From a virus (taxonomy: Duplodnaviria > Caudoviricetes), in the IMG/VR virus record IMGVR_UViG_3300015610_000750, positions 1 to 64,000 of that record: a stretch of 64,000 bases of DNA; one strand, given 5' to 3'. Both the position numbers and the translations under genes were made by a program. Shown piece after piece: positions 49,599 through 58,955 of the stretch; within the stretch, counting starts at the first letter, position 1; the number at the start of each line of letters is the position of its first letter. The notes under the pieces are model-generated. The model ran no database searches and was not told the DNA's origin. It worked only from the letters and a program-made list of their open reading frames with translations.

Positions 49599-51668
49599 AT
49601 GAAACCAGTTTTAATCGTAGAAAACTCGACAAATTCCCTGGTAAAAGAGAGCACTTCTGGTAAGAAGGATTATATCTTGGGTGGTATATTCACTGAATTC
49701 GGTGTTAAAAATCGTAATGAAAGAATTTATACTGCTGACAAGTTTCTTCCTTGTTTAGAAGAGTTAAACGATCGTATGAATACGTTCGGTACTGTTTACG
49801 GAGAGTTTGATCATCCTGATGTATTTGATACATCCCTATCTAGATCATCACATATTATCACAAAAGCTGAATATATGAAAGAGTCTAATAGAGTTGAGGG
49901 TGAAATTAGATTATTGAGCACTTATTGGGGTAAAGAAGCAAGGGCATTAGTTGATGACGGATGTCCAATTTTCGTTTCCTCTAGAGCTGCAGGTATTACT
50001 GAGTCTGACGGTACCGTAACATTGAAGAAGTTATTTACTTATGATATTGTTGCTGACCCAGGATTTGCATCTGCAAAAATGAGTGTAAAAGTACTTAATG
50101 AATCATTCGGTTACTCAAATAACACAAACTTCAGGATATATGAAATGTCCGATGAGTCAAAAATTAATGAATTATTCAATATGAACAAAAATGACTTTGT
50201 CACTAAAAAACAATTGACTGATTACTCTCAGTATCTAATTAAAGAATTAGCTACTACTAAGAAAGAAGTTAAGAATGCTTTAACTAAAGGTAATCTAAGT
50301 CCAAAGAAGTTAGAAACTCTTCTAGAATACTATGAAGAATTACAATCAACTAACTCACAAATCGTTAAGTATCTTGACTACCTTGCTGAAAAGGTACAAG
50401 TTGTTGTTAACGAGAACTCATCATTAAAAAAGACAGCTGATAAGCTTATCAAACATAATGATTATTTAGCAGAAAATTTAGAAAAAGCTATTAACTATAC
50501 TGAATATCTTGCTGAAAATCTTGATAAGAATATTGACTACTCTGAATATTTAGCAGAAAACTTAGATAAGAATATTTCTTACGCTGAGTATTTAGCTGAA
50601 AATCTTGATAGAAACATTTCATATTCAGAATATATCGCTGAGAATCTTGATAAAAACATTCAATACTCTGAATATTTAGCTGAGAATTTAGATAATAATA
50701 TCGCTTATTCAGAATATATCGCTGAGAATTTAGATAAGAACATTTCTTACTCTGAATATTTAGCTGAACATTTAGATAATTCTATCGCTTACTCTGAATA
50801 TTTAGCAGAGCATGTTGAAGGAAATATCGCTTATTCAGAATATATCGCTGAACATTTAGATGATAACATCGCTTATTCAGAATATATCGCTGAAAATCTT
50901 GACAAATCAATTTCTTACCAAGGAATGATCGTTGAGAAATTAAATGGTGGTAAACTATTCGAAAGTAATGGTGAAATGTTACCATCTCTAGATGCTGCTG
51001 GTTTTGAATCAGTTGGTGAAGAAGAGGAAGAAGAAGAGTGTGGTCCATGTAATGATGAACTACCTCAAGAGGAAGAAGAAAACGCTGAAGTAAATGCTTC
51101 AGAAGAGGAAGAAGAGGAAGAAGTACACGAACAAATCAGTGGTAGCTCTGACACAGAATTATCACAATCTATTGATAAATTAATTGAAGAGGCTAAAAAA
51201 CGTAAAGTCTCTGAATCAACTGACTTGAATTTCTTAAAGTTCTTAAACAAGTCACAAGTTGATAGCTTCTATGCATTAAATCCGGAAGAACAGGAAACTG
51301 TTAAACTTCACATAAACGAAAGAAGTTATTTCACACAAAAGGATGTATTAGCATTAATTAGTGAAGCGTTATCTGCAAAGAATGAATCTCTTGAAGAAAG
51401 AGTAATCAGATTGATGCCTGAAAACGTTAAGCCAATCTGGAATCAGTTAAATGAATCTTCTAAGAAATCTATCTTATCACAAGCTAGATTATATCCAGAA
51501 GATGTATTAAAAACTGAAAGTCAAATTGAGCATTTCTGGTTGACCAGAAATCTTAAGAAAAATGAATCTGTAACTAAGCAGTTAGTATCTCACGAAAGTT
51601 TAATTCAAGAAGATAGACTTTCTGATAAAGATGTACAAGCTATAATGGAAAGATTCAAAAACATTTAA
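49599..51668 (+). CDS. prohead protease (T4 gp21-like) fused to scaffold/core domain
   Basis: GIF...KNRNERIY, GEFDHP, SHII, VSSRAAG, TYDIVADPGF; followed by a coiled-coil repeat region. Confidence 0.9.
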   Translation: MKPVLIVENSTNSLVKESTSGKKDYILGGIFTEFGVKNRNERIYTADKFLPCLEELNDRMNTFGTVYGEFDHPDVFDTSLSRSSHIITKAEYMKESNRVEGEIRLLSTYWGKEARALVDDGCPIFVSSRAAGITESDGTVTLKKLFTYDIVADPGFASAKMSVKVLNESFGYSNNTNFRIYEMSDESKINELFNMNKNDFVTKKQLTDYSQYLIKELATTKKEVKNALTKGNLSPKKLETLLEYYEELQSTNSQIVKYLDYLAEKVQVVVNENSSLKKTADKLIKHNDYLAENLEKAINYTEYLAENLDKNIDYSEYLAENLDKNISYAEYLAENLDRNISYSEYIAENLDKNIQYSEYLAENLDNNIAYSEYIAENLDKNISYSEYLAEHLDNSIAYSEYLAEHVEGNIAYSEYIAEHLDDNIAYSEYIAENLDKSISYQGMIVEKLNGGKLFESNGEMLPSLDAAGFESVGEEEEEEECGPCNDELPQEEEENAEVNASEEEEEEEVHEQISGSSDTELSQSIDKLIEEAKKRKVSESTDLNFLKFLNKSQVDSFYALNPEEQETVKLHINERSYFTQKDVLALISEALSAKNESLEERVIRLMPENVKPIWNQLNESSKKSILSQARLYPEDVLKTESQIEHFWLTRNLKKNESVTKQLVSHESLIQEDRLSDKDVQAIMERFKNI
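50454..50915 (+). repeat. 11 x 42-bp (14-aa) coding tandem repeat, consensus YSEY(L/I)AE(N/H)LDxNIx
   Basis: Read directly from sequence and translation. Confidence 0.9.
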
Positions 51669-51750
51669 TCTGTATATAAAAAATCCACCCTTGAAAAATA
51701 TAGGTTTAGGACACATATATATAGATATACAAAAAAGAAAAAATTAAATT

Positions 51751-53448
51751 ATGTCACACATTAGAATAGACAAACAAAAAGCAGTTAAGAAGTGGGCACC
51801 TGTTCTTGAGAACATGGGTATCACTGGCGACAGAGTTGATTGGATGGCTGAGTACGCTGAGTTTCACCAAATCAATGAGAACGCTTATGTAAACGCTTCT
51901 AACGTAGCAGGTATGGGTTCAGTAGTTGCTGCTCAACCTTCTTCATTAGCTGGTAATACAATCACATCATTTGCAGGCCAAGTTGGTTCTGGTGATGTTG
52001 GTCAAAACCTTTTACCAGTAGCTATGAAAATCGCGGCTCAAACAATCGGTCTTGATTTAGTAGCAGTAAAACCATCTCCAGGTCCAAAAATCGATTTATT
52101 GTACATCGACTTCCAGTATGATGATACACAAATGGGTGACCAAGATGAGAGACCACAAGTTTTCAAATTAAACGTTACTGAGTTATCAACAGTTCAAACA
52201 GCTTTAAGAGCTTTCATGACTGCTAACTCTATCAACGAGACAACTGGTGGTATGAACGGAAGAATTTGGGTAAGACTTAACGCTAACTCAGCAGTACCTT
52301 CTTTCACTACAACTGACCAATCTGCTAACTCTAAATATGGTACAGCTGAATTCTTAGGATTCTCTCGTATCGATGGTTATCCAATGTTCAGAGCTTACAG
52401 ACAGTTTAACACTGCTCACACAGCTGTTAGTTCAGCAAGTACTCTTTGGTCATTCGATCAAACTAGAAACACATTTAACCCAACTCAATCAATGGTTGCT
52501 CAAATCACTGCTATTGGTACTTACTCAGTAACAGGAGTTGACGTTCAATTAGTATCAGCACTTGAAGATCATATCCCTGGTTTCTCTGCAAACTGGAATG
52601 GTTCATCTTCTGCAGCTTTCGCTGGTAACTATCCAATGGACAGAGCAATGGACGATAAGACTTACGCTGGTGTTATCGGTCCTAAGATTTCTTCTAAAAC
52701 AATCGCAGTTGGTACTATCGAAGTAACTTCAGCATTGAGAAGAACTGAAATCGAAGATATTAAAGCTAACACAGGTATGGATATCGTTCAAAAGATGGAA
52801 TCTATCCTTGTTAACGAATTATCTCAAACAATATCTAAGCAAATCGTTGCTAAGATATTCGAAATGGGTGATCTTAACAGAACATCTGCTCCTTTATTCG
52901 GAGGTACTCCAACTATCACTGGTCAAACTATATTTGACTTAGATACTGACTACGTTGGTACAGGTGGTCCTGGTGGAGAAACAACACACGCTATTCAACG
53001 TAAGTTAATTACTAAGATAGCACACGCTTCTAACTTCATTGCAACAGAAGGTCGTGTTGGTCCAGCTCAGTACTTAATCACTAATGGAGGTCTTGCAGCA
53101 GCTTTACAAGATATCGCTGGTTATACAATTAACCCAGTTAAATCTAAGATGAACTCTCAAGGTCAATTATACCCAGTAGGTACAATTGGAGATATTTCAA
53201 TATATGTTGACCCATATATGAAGTATAACGATAACAGAATCGTTCTTGGTAGAAAGAACAATCCTGACCAACCAGGTATCATCTTCGTTCCATACTTAAT
53301 GGCACAATCAATATCTATCATCTCTGAAGCTACATTCGCTCCGCGTATGTTACTAAGAAGTAGATATGCAGTTGCTGAAGTAGGTTGGTTCCCACAAAAG
53401 CAGTTCATGACTATCAAAGTTAAGGATACTAAACAATTCTTAAACTAA
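51751..53448 (+). CDS. major capsid protein (T4 gp23-like)
   Basis: KKWAPVLE, IGLDLVAVKP, LVNELSQTISKQI, YVDPY, FVPY, TFAPRMLLRSRYA; follows the protease gene. Confidence 0.92.
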   Translation: MSHIRIDKQKAVKKWAPVLENMGITGDRVDWMAEYAEFHQINENAYVNASNVAGMGSVVAAQPSSLAGNTITSFAGQVGSGDVGQNLLPVAMKIAAQTIGLDLVAVKPSPGPKIDLLYIDFQYDDTQMGDQDERPQVFKLNVTELSTVQTALRAFMTANSINETTGGMNGRIWVRLNANSAVPSFTTTDQSANSKYGTAEFLGFSRIDGYPMFRAYRQFNTAHTAVSSASTLWSFDQTRNTFNPTQSMVAQITAIGTYSVTGVDVQLVSALEDHIPGFSANWNGSSSAAFAGNYPMDRAMDDKTYAGVIGPKISSKTIAVGTIEVTSALRRTEIEDIKANTGMDIVQKMESILVNELSQTISKQIVAKIFEMGDLNRTSAPLFGGTPTITGQTIFDLDTDYVGTGGPGGETTHAIQRKLITKIAHASNFIATEGRVGPAQYLITNGGLAAALQDIAGYTINPVKSKMNSQGQLYPVGTIGDISIYVDPYMKYNDNRIVLGRKNNPDQPGIIFVPYLMAQSISIISEATFAPRMLLRSRYAVAEVGWFPQKQFMTIKVKDTKQFLN

Positions 53449-53530
53449 GAAGTCTCACTGAGATATCGAAAAAAGTCCCTTCATTGGGACTTTTTTCATT
53501 TTAAATAGTTTGTAAATTAATATATACACT

Positions 53531-54220
53531 ATGGAAGCAAAGAAGTATATACTTGCTGTTGATTACCCAAGTAATGGTAATATTAAACTTTGGTACTATG
53601 ATACTATTGGTGAAATATTAGATGAGATAAAATGCTGGATATTAGATGATGATGAGGATCATGATTTGTTAAGTGTTAGTGATGAATATGTTGAAGATAG
53701 ATTATCCGAAATGGAAATTACATTTTCTATCTATAAGTATGGTGAGGAAGATCCTATTTCTGAATTATATTCAAATCCAGATGATAAATTTAGTGATTGG
53801 TTGGATGAGATGACATCTATTGTAGAAAATAATGTTATTAAATATGACCAGTTTATTACTGAAGGTAAAAAAGATAAATTCCCTAATATTAAAAAGGTTG
53901 TGATTGATGACTTTGTTGTCTATGTAGGTAGAGATTCATTATCAAACGACCATTTAACATTTAATATGTCACATCCAGAAGATATATGGATGCATGCGAA
54001 AGGTGTTCCAGGTAGTCATGTTGTTATAAGAGTTAGAGAGAATTTACCTACGAAAGAGGTTATAAGAAAGGCAGCAGAGTTAGCTGTTAAGAATAGTAAG
54101 GCAAAAGATGATAAAACCACAGTAGTTTATTGTCAAAGAAAATTTGTAAAGAAAGAAAAAGATATGAAACCAGGACAAGTTAAGGTTGATTATGTCAATT
54201 CTGAGGAAATTACTATTTAA
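53531..54220 (+). CDS. NFACT RNA-binding (DUF814/RqcH-type) domain protein with acidic N-domain
   Basis: VYVGRDSLSNDHLT...DIWMHAKGVPGSHVVIR...AAELA..NSK...PGQV. Confidence 0.85.
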   Translation: MEAKKYILAVDYPSNGNIKLWYYDTIGEILDEIKCWILDDDEDHDLLSVSDEYVEDRLSEMEITFSIYKYGEEDPISELYSNPDDKFSDWLDEMTSIVENNVIKYDQFITEGKKDKFPNIKKVVIDDFVVYVGRDSLSNDHLTFNMSHPEDIWMHAKGVPGSHVVIRVRENLPTKEVIRKAAELAVKNSKAKDDKTTVVYCQRKFVKKEKDMKPGQVKVDYVNSEEITI

Positions 54221-54258
54221 AATTAATATATACATAAGTAAAATAAATTTATTTATTA

Positions 54259-55617
54259 ATGGCAGAGAAAGAAAAGGGTACACCAAGACTAAAGTTCACA
54301 CAAGAACTTATTGATATACTTAAGCAAATTGAAGGAGAGAATGATTATTTAGCCTTTGAATTGTTGGGTATGGAGGAAGAAGATGCTAGATACCACAATG
54401 GTTTAGGTATAACACTTGTTGGGACATCCAAACAAGATTGGTGTTTCGATGTTGTTATAAAGAACAAAATACATCCTATGAAAATAGGAAAGTTTGTTAG
54501 ATACTTTATCGGTAACAAAGGAATTGTTGATGATAAAGAGATATACAAATTTGCAGACTTATATAATAAGATTAAAAATGGAGAGCCTGAAAAGCACGAA
54601 TATGAACCTATAAAAGTTCCTCCTTTTTCTTATAATCCAAAGGATGTTAGAGCTACATTCCTTTCAATGGTTACTAAAACGTATCCACATGGACACGAAG
54701 AAGAAGTTCTTCAGTTTTTACCAGAATTACAGAAAGATTCTGTTGGTAATTATTACCTAATAGTTGGTAAATCAGAAACAATGTTCACTAGTCACTTAGA
54801 TACTGCTGATAGAAAACAAGAAGATACCGTTTTATATGACGCAGAAGAAAAGGGAGAGTCTTATATTATAACTGATGGTAATACTATATTGGGTGCGGAT
54901 GATAAGTCCGGAGTTACTGTTATGTTGTATATGATTGCTCACAATATTCCTGGATTGTATTATTTCTTCGTTGGTGAAGAGAGAGGTGGTATTGGTTCTG
55001 GTAAGTTAGCCGCTATATTTGATACTGTACCTTATCTAAAGAGTATTAAGAGATGTATATCATTCGATAGAAGAAGTTATCACTCTGTCATTACTGAGCA
55101 ATTAGGTAGAAAGTGTTGTTCAAATGAGTTTGGTACAGCTTTATGTAAGGAATTTAATAAGAGTGGATTGGTTAAATTATCACTAGATCCAACGGGTATT
55201 TATACTGACTCTGCATCATTTATTGATGATATTCCGGAATGTACTAATATTTCAGTTGGATATATGCATGAACATACTGGTGATGAATATCAAAATATAA
55301 CATTCTTAGAAAATTTATGTAAAGCATCTTTATCAGTTAATTGGGAATCATTACCTACTGTTAGAAAAGTTGGAATTGACCAAGAAATAGTTAAGAAATA
55401 TAGAAATTTCCTTAATGAAGTTAAGGCGTCTGCTTTTGCATTGGATATGAAACTGTATGGATATGAAGGTGAAGTATTTTTAAGAGTTGATTTAGATGAA
55501 ACTGACATTGATCTTATACACAATGATTTAGTTTCATTGAGTGTTTTATTAAAGAAATATAAGATGGATCCTAATATAAGGTTCAGTGGAACCTATTTAA
55601 AAATAGAACTAAAGTAA
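54259..55617 (+). CDS. M20/M28 family zinc peptidase
   Basis: SHLDT, LGADDKSG, GEERG, SFDR, YTDS, GYMHEHT. Confidence 0.85.
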   Translation: MAEKEKGTPRLKFTQELIDILKQIEGENDYLAFELLGMEEEDARYHNGLGITLVGTSKQDWCFDVVIKNKIHPMKIGKFVRYFIGNKGIVDDKEIYKFADLYNKIKNGEPEKHEYEPIKVPPFSYNPKDVRATFLSMVTKTYPHGHEEEVLQFLPELQKDSVGNYYLIVGKSETMFTSHLDTADRKQEDTVLYDAEEKGESYIITDGNTILGADDKSGVTVMLYMIAHNIPGLYYFFVGEERGGIGSGKLAAIFDTVPYLKSIKRCISFDRRSYHSVITEQLGRKCCSNEFGTALCKEFNKSGLVKLSLDPTGIYTDSASFIDDIPECTNISVGYMHEHTGDEYQNITFLENLCKASLSVNWESLPTVRKVGIDQEIVKKYRNFLNEVKASAFALDMKLYGYEGEVFLRVDLDETDIDLIHNDLVSLSVLLKKYKMDPNIRFSGTYLKIELK

Positions 55618-55618
55618 T

Positions 55619-56176
55619 ATGAAGTTAAAGAATTATAAAGAGCTATTTGAAGAAGTAGATCCTAAAGACTGGGGAGAAGATGATGATGATCTTTATGGAA
55701 GACCACATTATGGAAGTAAGAATGATGACTATGAAGAGTTAAAGAAGAAATTCAAAGAGCAAATGGGTGAATCATTTGATGACGATGATGATAATGAAGA
55801 TACTTCTGCATCAGATGAAATGGATAACTTATTATATTTACTTAGAACTCTATTTAAGAATGGTGGTGTAGAAGCTGAATTTGAAAGTAAAGGATTAGAT
55901 ATAATGGTTTATGTTGTTCTTAATAAGAGAGAGAAAATGTCCTCTATACTTAAAGTATTCGATTTAGTTAAGAAACTAAAGAGAGATATATTACCTCAAT
56001 ATGATTCAGAATTTGAAATGTGGGAAACTAAATCAGGACTACCAATGTTAACATTTAACTTTGAATATGAAGGTTCTGATGGTGATCCTAACCACGATGG
56101 TACTAAGCCATTTGATGACCACGAAGGTTCAATTGACTTCGATGAAGATATTGATGATGAAGATCCATTTGTATAA
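55619..56176 (+). CDS. acidic hypothetical protein, putative internal head protein
   Basis: MKLKNYKELFEE N-terminus. Confidence 0.65.
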   Translation: MKLKNYKELFEEVDPKDWGEDDDDLYGRPHYGSKNDDYEELKKKFKEQMGESFDDDDDNEDTSASDEMDNLLYLLRTLFKNGGVEAEFESKGLDIMVYVVLNKREKMSSILKVFDLVKKLKRDILPQYDSEFEMWETKSGLPMLTFNFEYEGSDGDPNHDGTKPFDDHEGSIDFDEDIDDEDPFV

Positions 56177-56279
56177 AATGGAAAAAAGTCTGTTTTTTCT
56201 TGAAATATATAATATTCACAAAACCATTTTGTATTTTTAAAATATAAATGTATATTTGTGATATAATTACAAAACACTT

Positions 56280-56657
56280 GGGGATGTCATAGAATTGATT
56301 CGCAGAGTAAAGGTAGTTATGCAGGTATCGGGTGGTAAGATGTCCGATTAATAAATTATCAGACAAAATTGTAAACGGAAACGTAACAGAAGTAGGAACT
56401 CGTGAAGATTTAGTAGCGGCACTACAAAACAACATGCTCTTGGTAGAAGAGCCAGCAACTGTCTAACAGCGGTTACTGACAAAAAAATTCTCCACTGATT
56501 CACAACAGACCAAAAGGTGAGATTTTTTGTTGTTACTCGTTTGAGTCTTTCAAAATCAAGTAACTATTTTGTGAGTTTAGAAAAATTTAACAAGCCTGTG
56601 AATGAATAAATGCAATTAACTGAGGAAGACACGTTGGGCAGTGCAACGTCATCTCCA
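56280..56657 (+). ncRNA. ssrA: tmRNA
   Basis: 5' GGGGATG pairs with 3' CATCTCC-A, giving the G3.U alanine identity pair; T-arm ACGTTG/CAACGT; internal tag ORF 56377-56466 after TAAAC; TATATTTG promoter upstream; about 378 nt. Confidence 0.85.
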
Positions 56658-56667
56658 CAAAGAAATT

Positions 56668-56713
56668 ATCCACTCCGCTTCCAGTAGAACAGCGCGCTCA
56701 GAGTGGATTTTTT
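56668..56713 (+). terminator. terminator-like stem with large structured loop downstream of tmRNA
   Basis: ATCCACTC...GAGTGGAT followed by TTTTT; internal CGCT/AGCG pairing. Confidence 0.6.
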
Positions 56714-56726
56714 ATTATATTTAATT

Positions 56727-56759
56727 ATGAAAAAAAGAAGAGACAGATCAGATATGTAA
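56727..56759 (+). CDS. putative leader peptide MKKRRDRSDM
   Basis: Stop codon lies in the 5' arm of a hairpin that abuts the next start codon. Confidence 0.4.
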   Translation: MKKRRDRSDM

Positions 56760-56781
56760 GTACAAAAAATAACTTACGTAT

Positions 56782-57102
56782 ATGTCAAAACATACAAACA
56801 AACATTGGTTAAGAGAGAAAGAATTTATCTCTCTTAAAAGAGAATTGGATGAACTTTGGGACACTATTCCTGTCGTTAGATGGAGAAGAATTCCACACAC
56901 AAGAGTTCATGAGATAAACGCTAGATTGCGTCATAAATTCTATAATGAATATCATGGTTGGTGTCATACTGCCCCAAAACATTATAGAAAAACATTAAAT
57001 AGAATACAAAGAGCTAAGTCTAAACAAGTTCTTTATAAAGTCCTAAATGGTAAAGAAGTTTCTTTCGAGGATTGTTATAAAGGATGTAACTGGTATTGGT
57101 AA
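56782..57102 (+). CDS. small basic hypothetical protein
   Basis: K/R/H-rich; C-terminal WYW. Confidence 0.7.
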   Translation: MSKHTNKHWLREKEFISLKRELDELWDTIPVVRWRRIPHTRVHEINARLRHKFYNEYHGWCHTAPKHYRKTLNRIQRAKSKQVLYKVLNGKEVSFEDCYKGCNWYW

Positions 57103-57383
57103 TGAAATTAATAATTATAAATAGTGGCAATAGAATTTCTATTGACTTTGATTCAAAGGTTAAGATTAACTCTGGTACCTTACACTCTCTTAAAGAACTA
57201 GTAACTCTCAAAGATATTGAGAAAGAAGTTCGAGAGTATCTTGGAGTTGAAAATTGGAGAACTAGAGTTATGCCTGGTTTCGATTCAACAACTATACATA
57301 CTGGTAGTGACGAGGAATATAATCGTATTAAAACTATTGTTAGAAGGGATAATATAATTGAAAAACTATTAGAAAATGATTGA
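57102..57383 (+). CDS. hypothetical protein
   Basis: TAATG coupling to the upstream gene; C-terminal RRDNIIEKLL motif. Confidence 0.6.
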   Translation: MKLIIINSGNRISIDFDSKVKINSGTLHSLKELVTLKDIEKEVREYLGVENWRTRVMPGFDSTTIHTGSDEEYNRIKTIVRRDNIIEKLLEND

Positions 57384-57852
57384 TAAATTTGAGGGAGAAA
57401 ATAGATTTTTATCTAATTTTTACCCATCTGAAATAACACACGAAGGTATTGTTTATCCAACAAATGAACACTACTATGTTGCCATGAAAATTAATGAACC
57501 ACAGTATATTACAATAGATGGTGAATTGAAAAATCTAGATATAAAAAGATCTAGAGTTTATGTCTCAAAAATTAAAACCGCAGGTGATGTTAAGAGACTT
57601 GGTAGAAAGTTAAAGGTCAGAGATGATTGGGATGATGTTAAATTATCCGTTATGGAATATGGGGTTAGACAAAAGTTTAACAAACATGAGGATCTTAAAA
57701 ATATGTTACTCGATACGGGTGATGAAGAGTTAATTGAAGGTAACTGGTGGGGTGACACTTACTGGGGAGTATGTAATGGTAAGGGGGAAAATCACCTAGG
57801 TAAAATACTAATGAGAGTTAGAGAAGAGATTAGATGTCCAACCTCTGTGTGA
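57376..57852 (+). CDS. NADAR family protein (YbiA-like)
   Basis: FLSNFY, EHYYVAMK, KRLGR, WDDVK, KF..H..L...LLDTG..ELIEGN..DTYWG, GENHLGKILMRVR. Confidence 0.92.
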   Translation: MIDKFEGENRFLSNFYPSEITHEGIVYPTNEHYYVAMKINEPQYITIDGELKNLDIKRSRVYVSKIKTAGDVKRLGRKLKVRDDWDDVKLSVMEYGVRQKFNKHEDLKNMLLDTGDEELIEGNWWGDTYWGVCNGKGENHLGKILMRVREEIRCPTSV

Positions 57853-57974
57853 TTTTCTTTTACCACTAGCTACCAGGCATAGTTTTGAGTTACAAATTTA
57901 TTATCTTTGTATAGAAATGGACGACAATAAACTTAGTCATATATTAGTTATATAACCAATAAAATATTTTTTAA

Positions 57975-58955
57975 ATGAGTATAATTTCCTATTTTGGTGG
58001 TAAGTCAAGTAATGTGTTTATGAATTTTATAAACACTCGAATACCAAAAGATGGTAGTATTAAAACCTATGTTGAACCATTTAGTGGAGCAATGGGTACA
58101 TTCATGGATGATGATTCATTGAAATTTGATACTGTCATTTATAATGATAAGAACAGACACCAAGTTAATCTATTTAAGTGTTGTTCAGAACCCGATAAGT
58201 TTATTCCCTATCTTGAAAATATAAAAAACGGTCTACTAAAGACATCTGAGACTGATCCACTTAAGAAGTGGGATTTCTATAAATCTATTTATAAAGATTA
58301 TACTAAAAATGATTTTTTAGATAATAATAATTTCCAAATTGGTGATTTTGAAAAGGCTGCAATTTATGCTTTCCTTATTACATCTTCACATAATTCTGTT
58401 TATCCGAGAGGGGCAGGATTTAATGGATATAAAAAGGATAGAGATAAGTTAAAGTTGGAAGTACTTATTAATAAACTTAAAAAGAACACCTATACACAAA
58501 AGCTAAAATCTATTACAGAGTTCTCAAATATTGATTTTGAGGAACTAATTAAAAAGTATGACTCTGAAGATACATTTATGTATCTTGATCCTCCTTATGC
58601 TAGATTTAATGAAGATAAGGGAGATGATGATGCGAAGCGTTTATTTTGGTATGGTGCTGACTCTGATGGAGTTTTTGGTCCATCTTCACATAGAAGATTA
58701 ATAGAATTATTGAAGAATACTAAGTGCAGATGGTCTCTATCATACTACTATTTCCCATTATTGGATGAATTACTTCCTCGTGGTGAATATTACTGGGAAC
58801 AGAAAGAAGTATTTAGAAGTTCTGCTCAAGGTGGTAATAATCACCAATTAAAGGGTAAACAAGAAAAGGGTGTCGAACTTTTGATAATGAACTACGATCC
58901 ATCTACTGGTAAGAAAACAAATTTAGCGCATGTGGATAGACGAGTTGAAATCTAG
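57975..58955 (+). CDS. DNA adenine methyltransferase (D12/Dam class)
   Basis: YFGGKS, YVEPFSG, YND, YLDPPY, ELLIMNY. Confidence 0.9.
   Translation: MSIISYFGGKSSNVFMNFINTRIPKDGSIKTYVEPFSGAMGTFMDDDSLKFDTVIYNDKNRHQVNLFKCCSEPDKFIPYLENIKNGLLKTSETDPLKKWDFYKSIYKDYTKNDFLDNNNFQIGDFEKAAIYAFLITSSHNSVYPRGAGFNGYKKDRDKLKLEVLINKLKKNTYTQKLKSITEFSNIDFEELIKKYDSEDTFMYLDPPYARFNEDKGDDDAKRLFWYGADSDGVFGPSSHRRLIELLKNTKCRWSLSYYYFPLLDELLPRGEYYWEQKEVFRSSAQGGNNHQLKGKQEKGVELLIMNYDPSTGKKTNLAHVDRRVEI

Noticed and set aside
50454-50915. 42-bp tandem repeats as a CRISPR array
   Set aside because: The units are contiguous without unique spacers, are in frame, and vary mostly at synonymous or conservative positions, so they are a coding repeat.
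56103-56435. 110-aa minus-strand ORF
   Set aside because: It is antisense to the tmRNA and its promoter and has no recognisable protein features.
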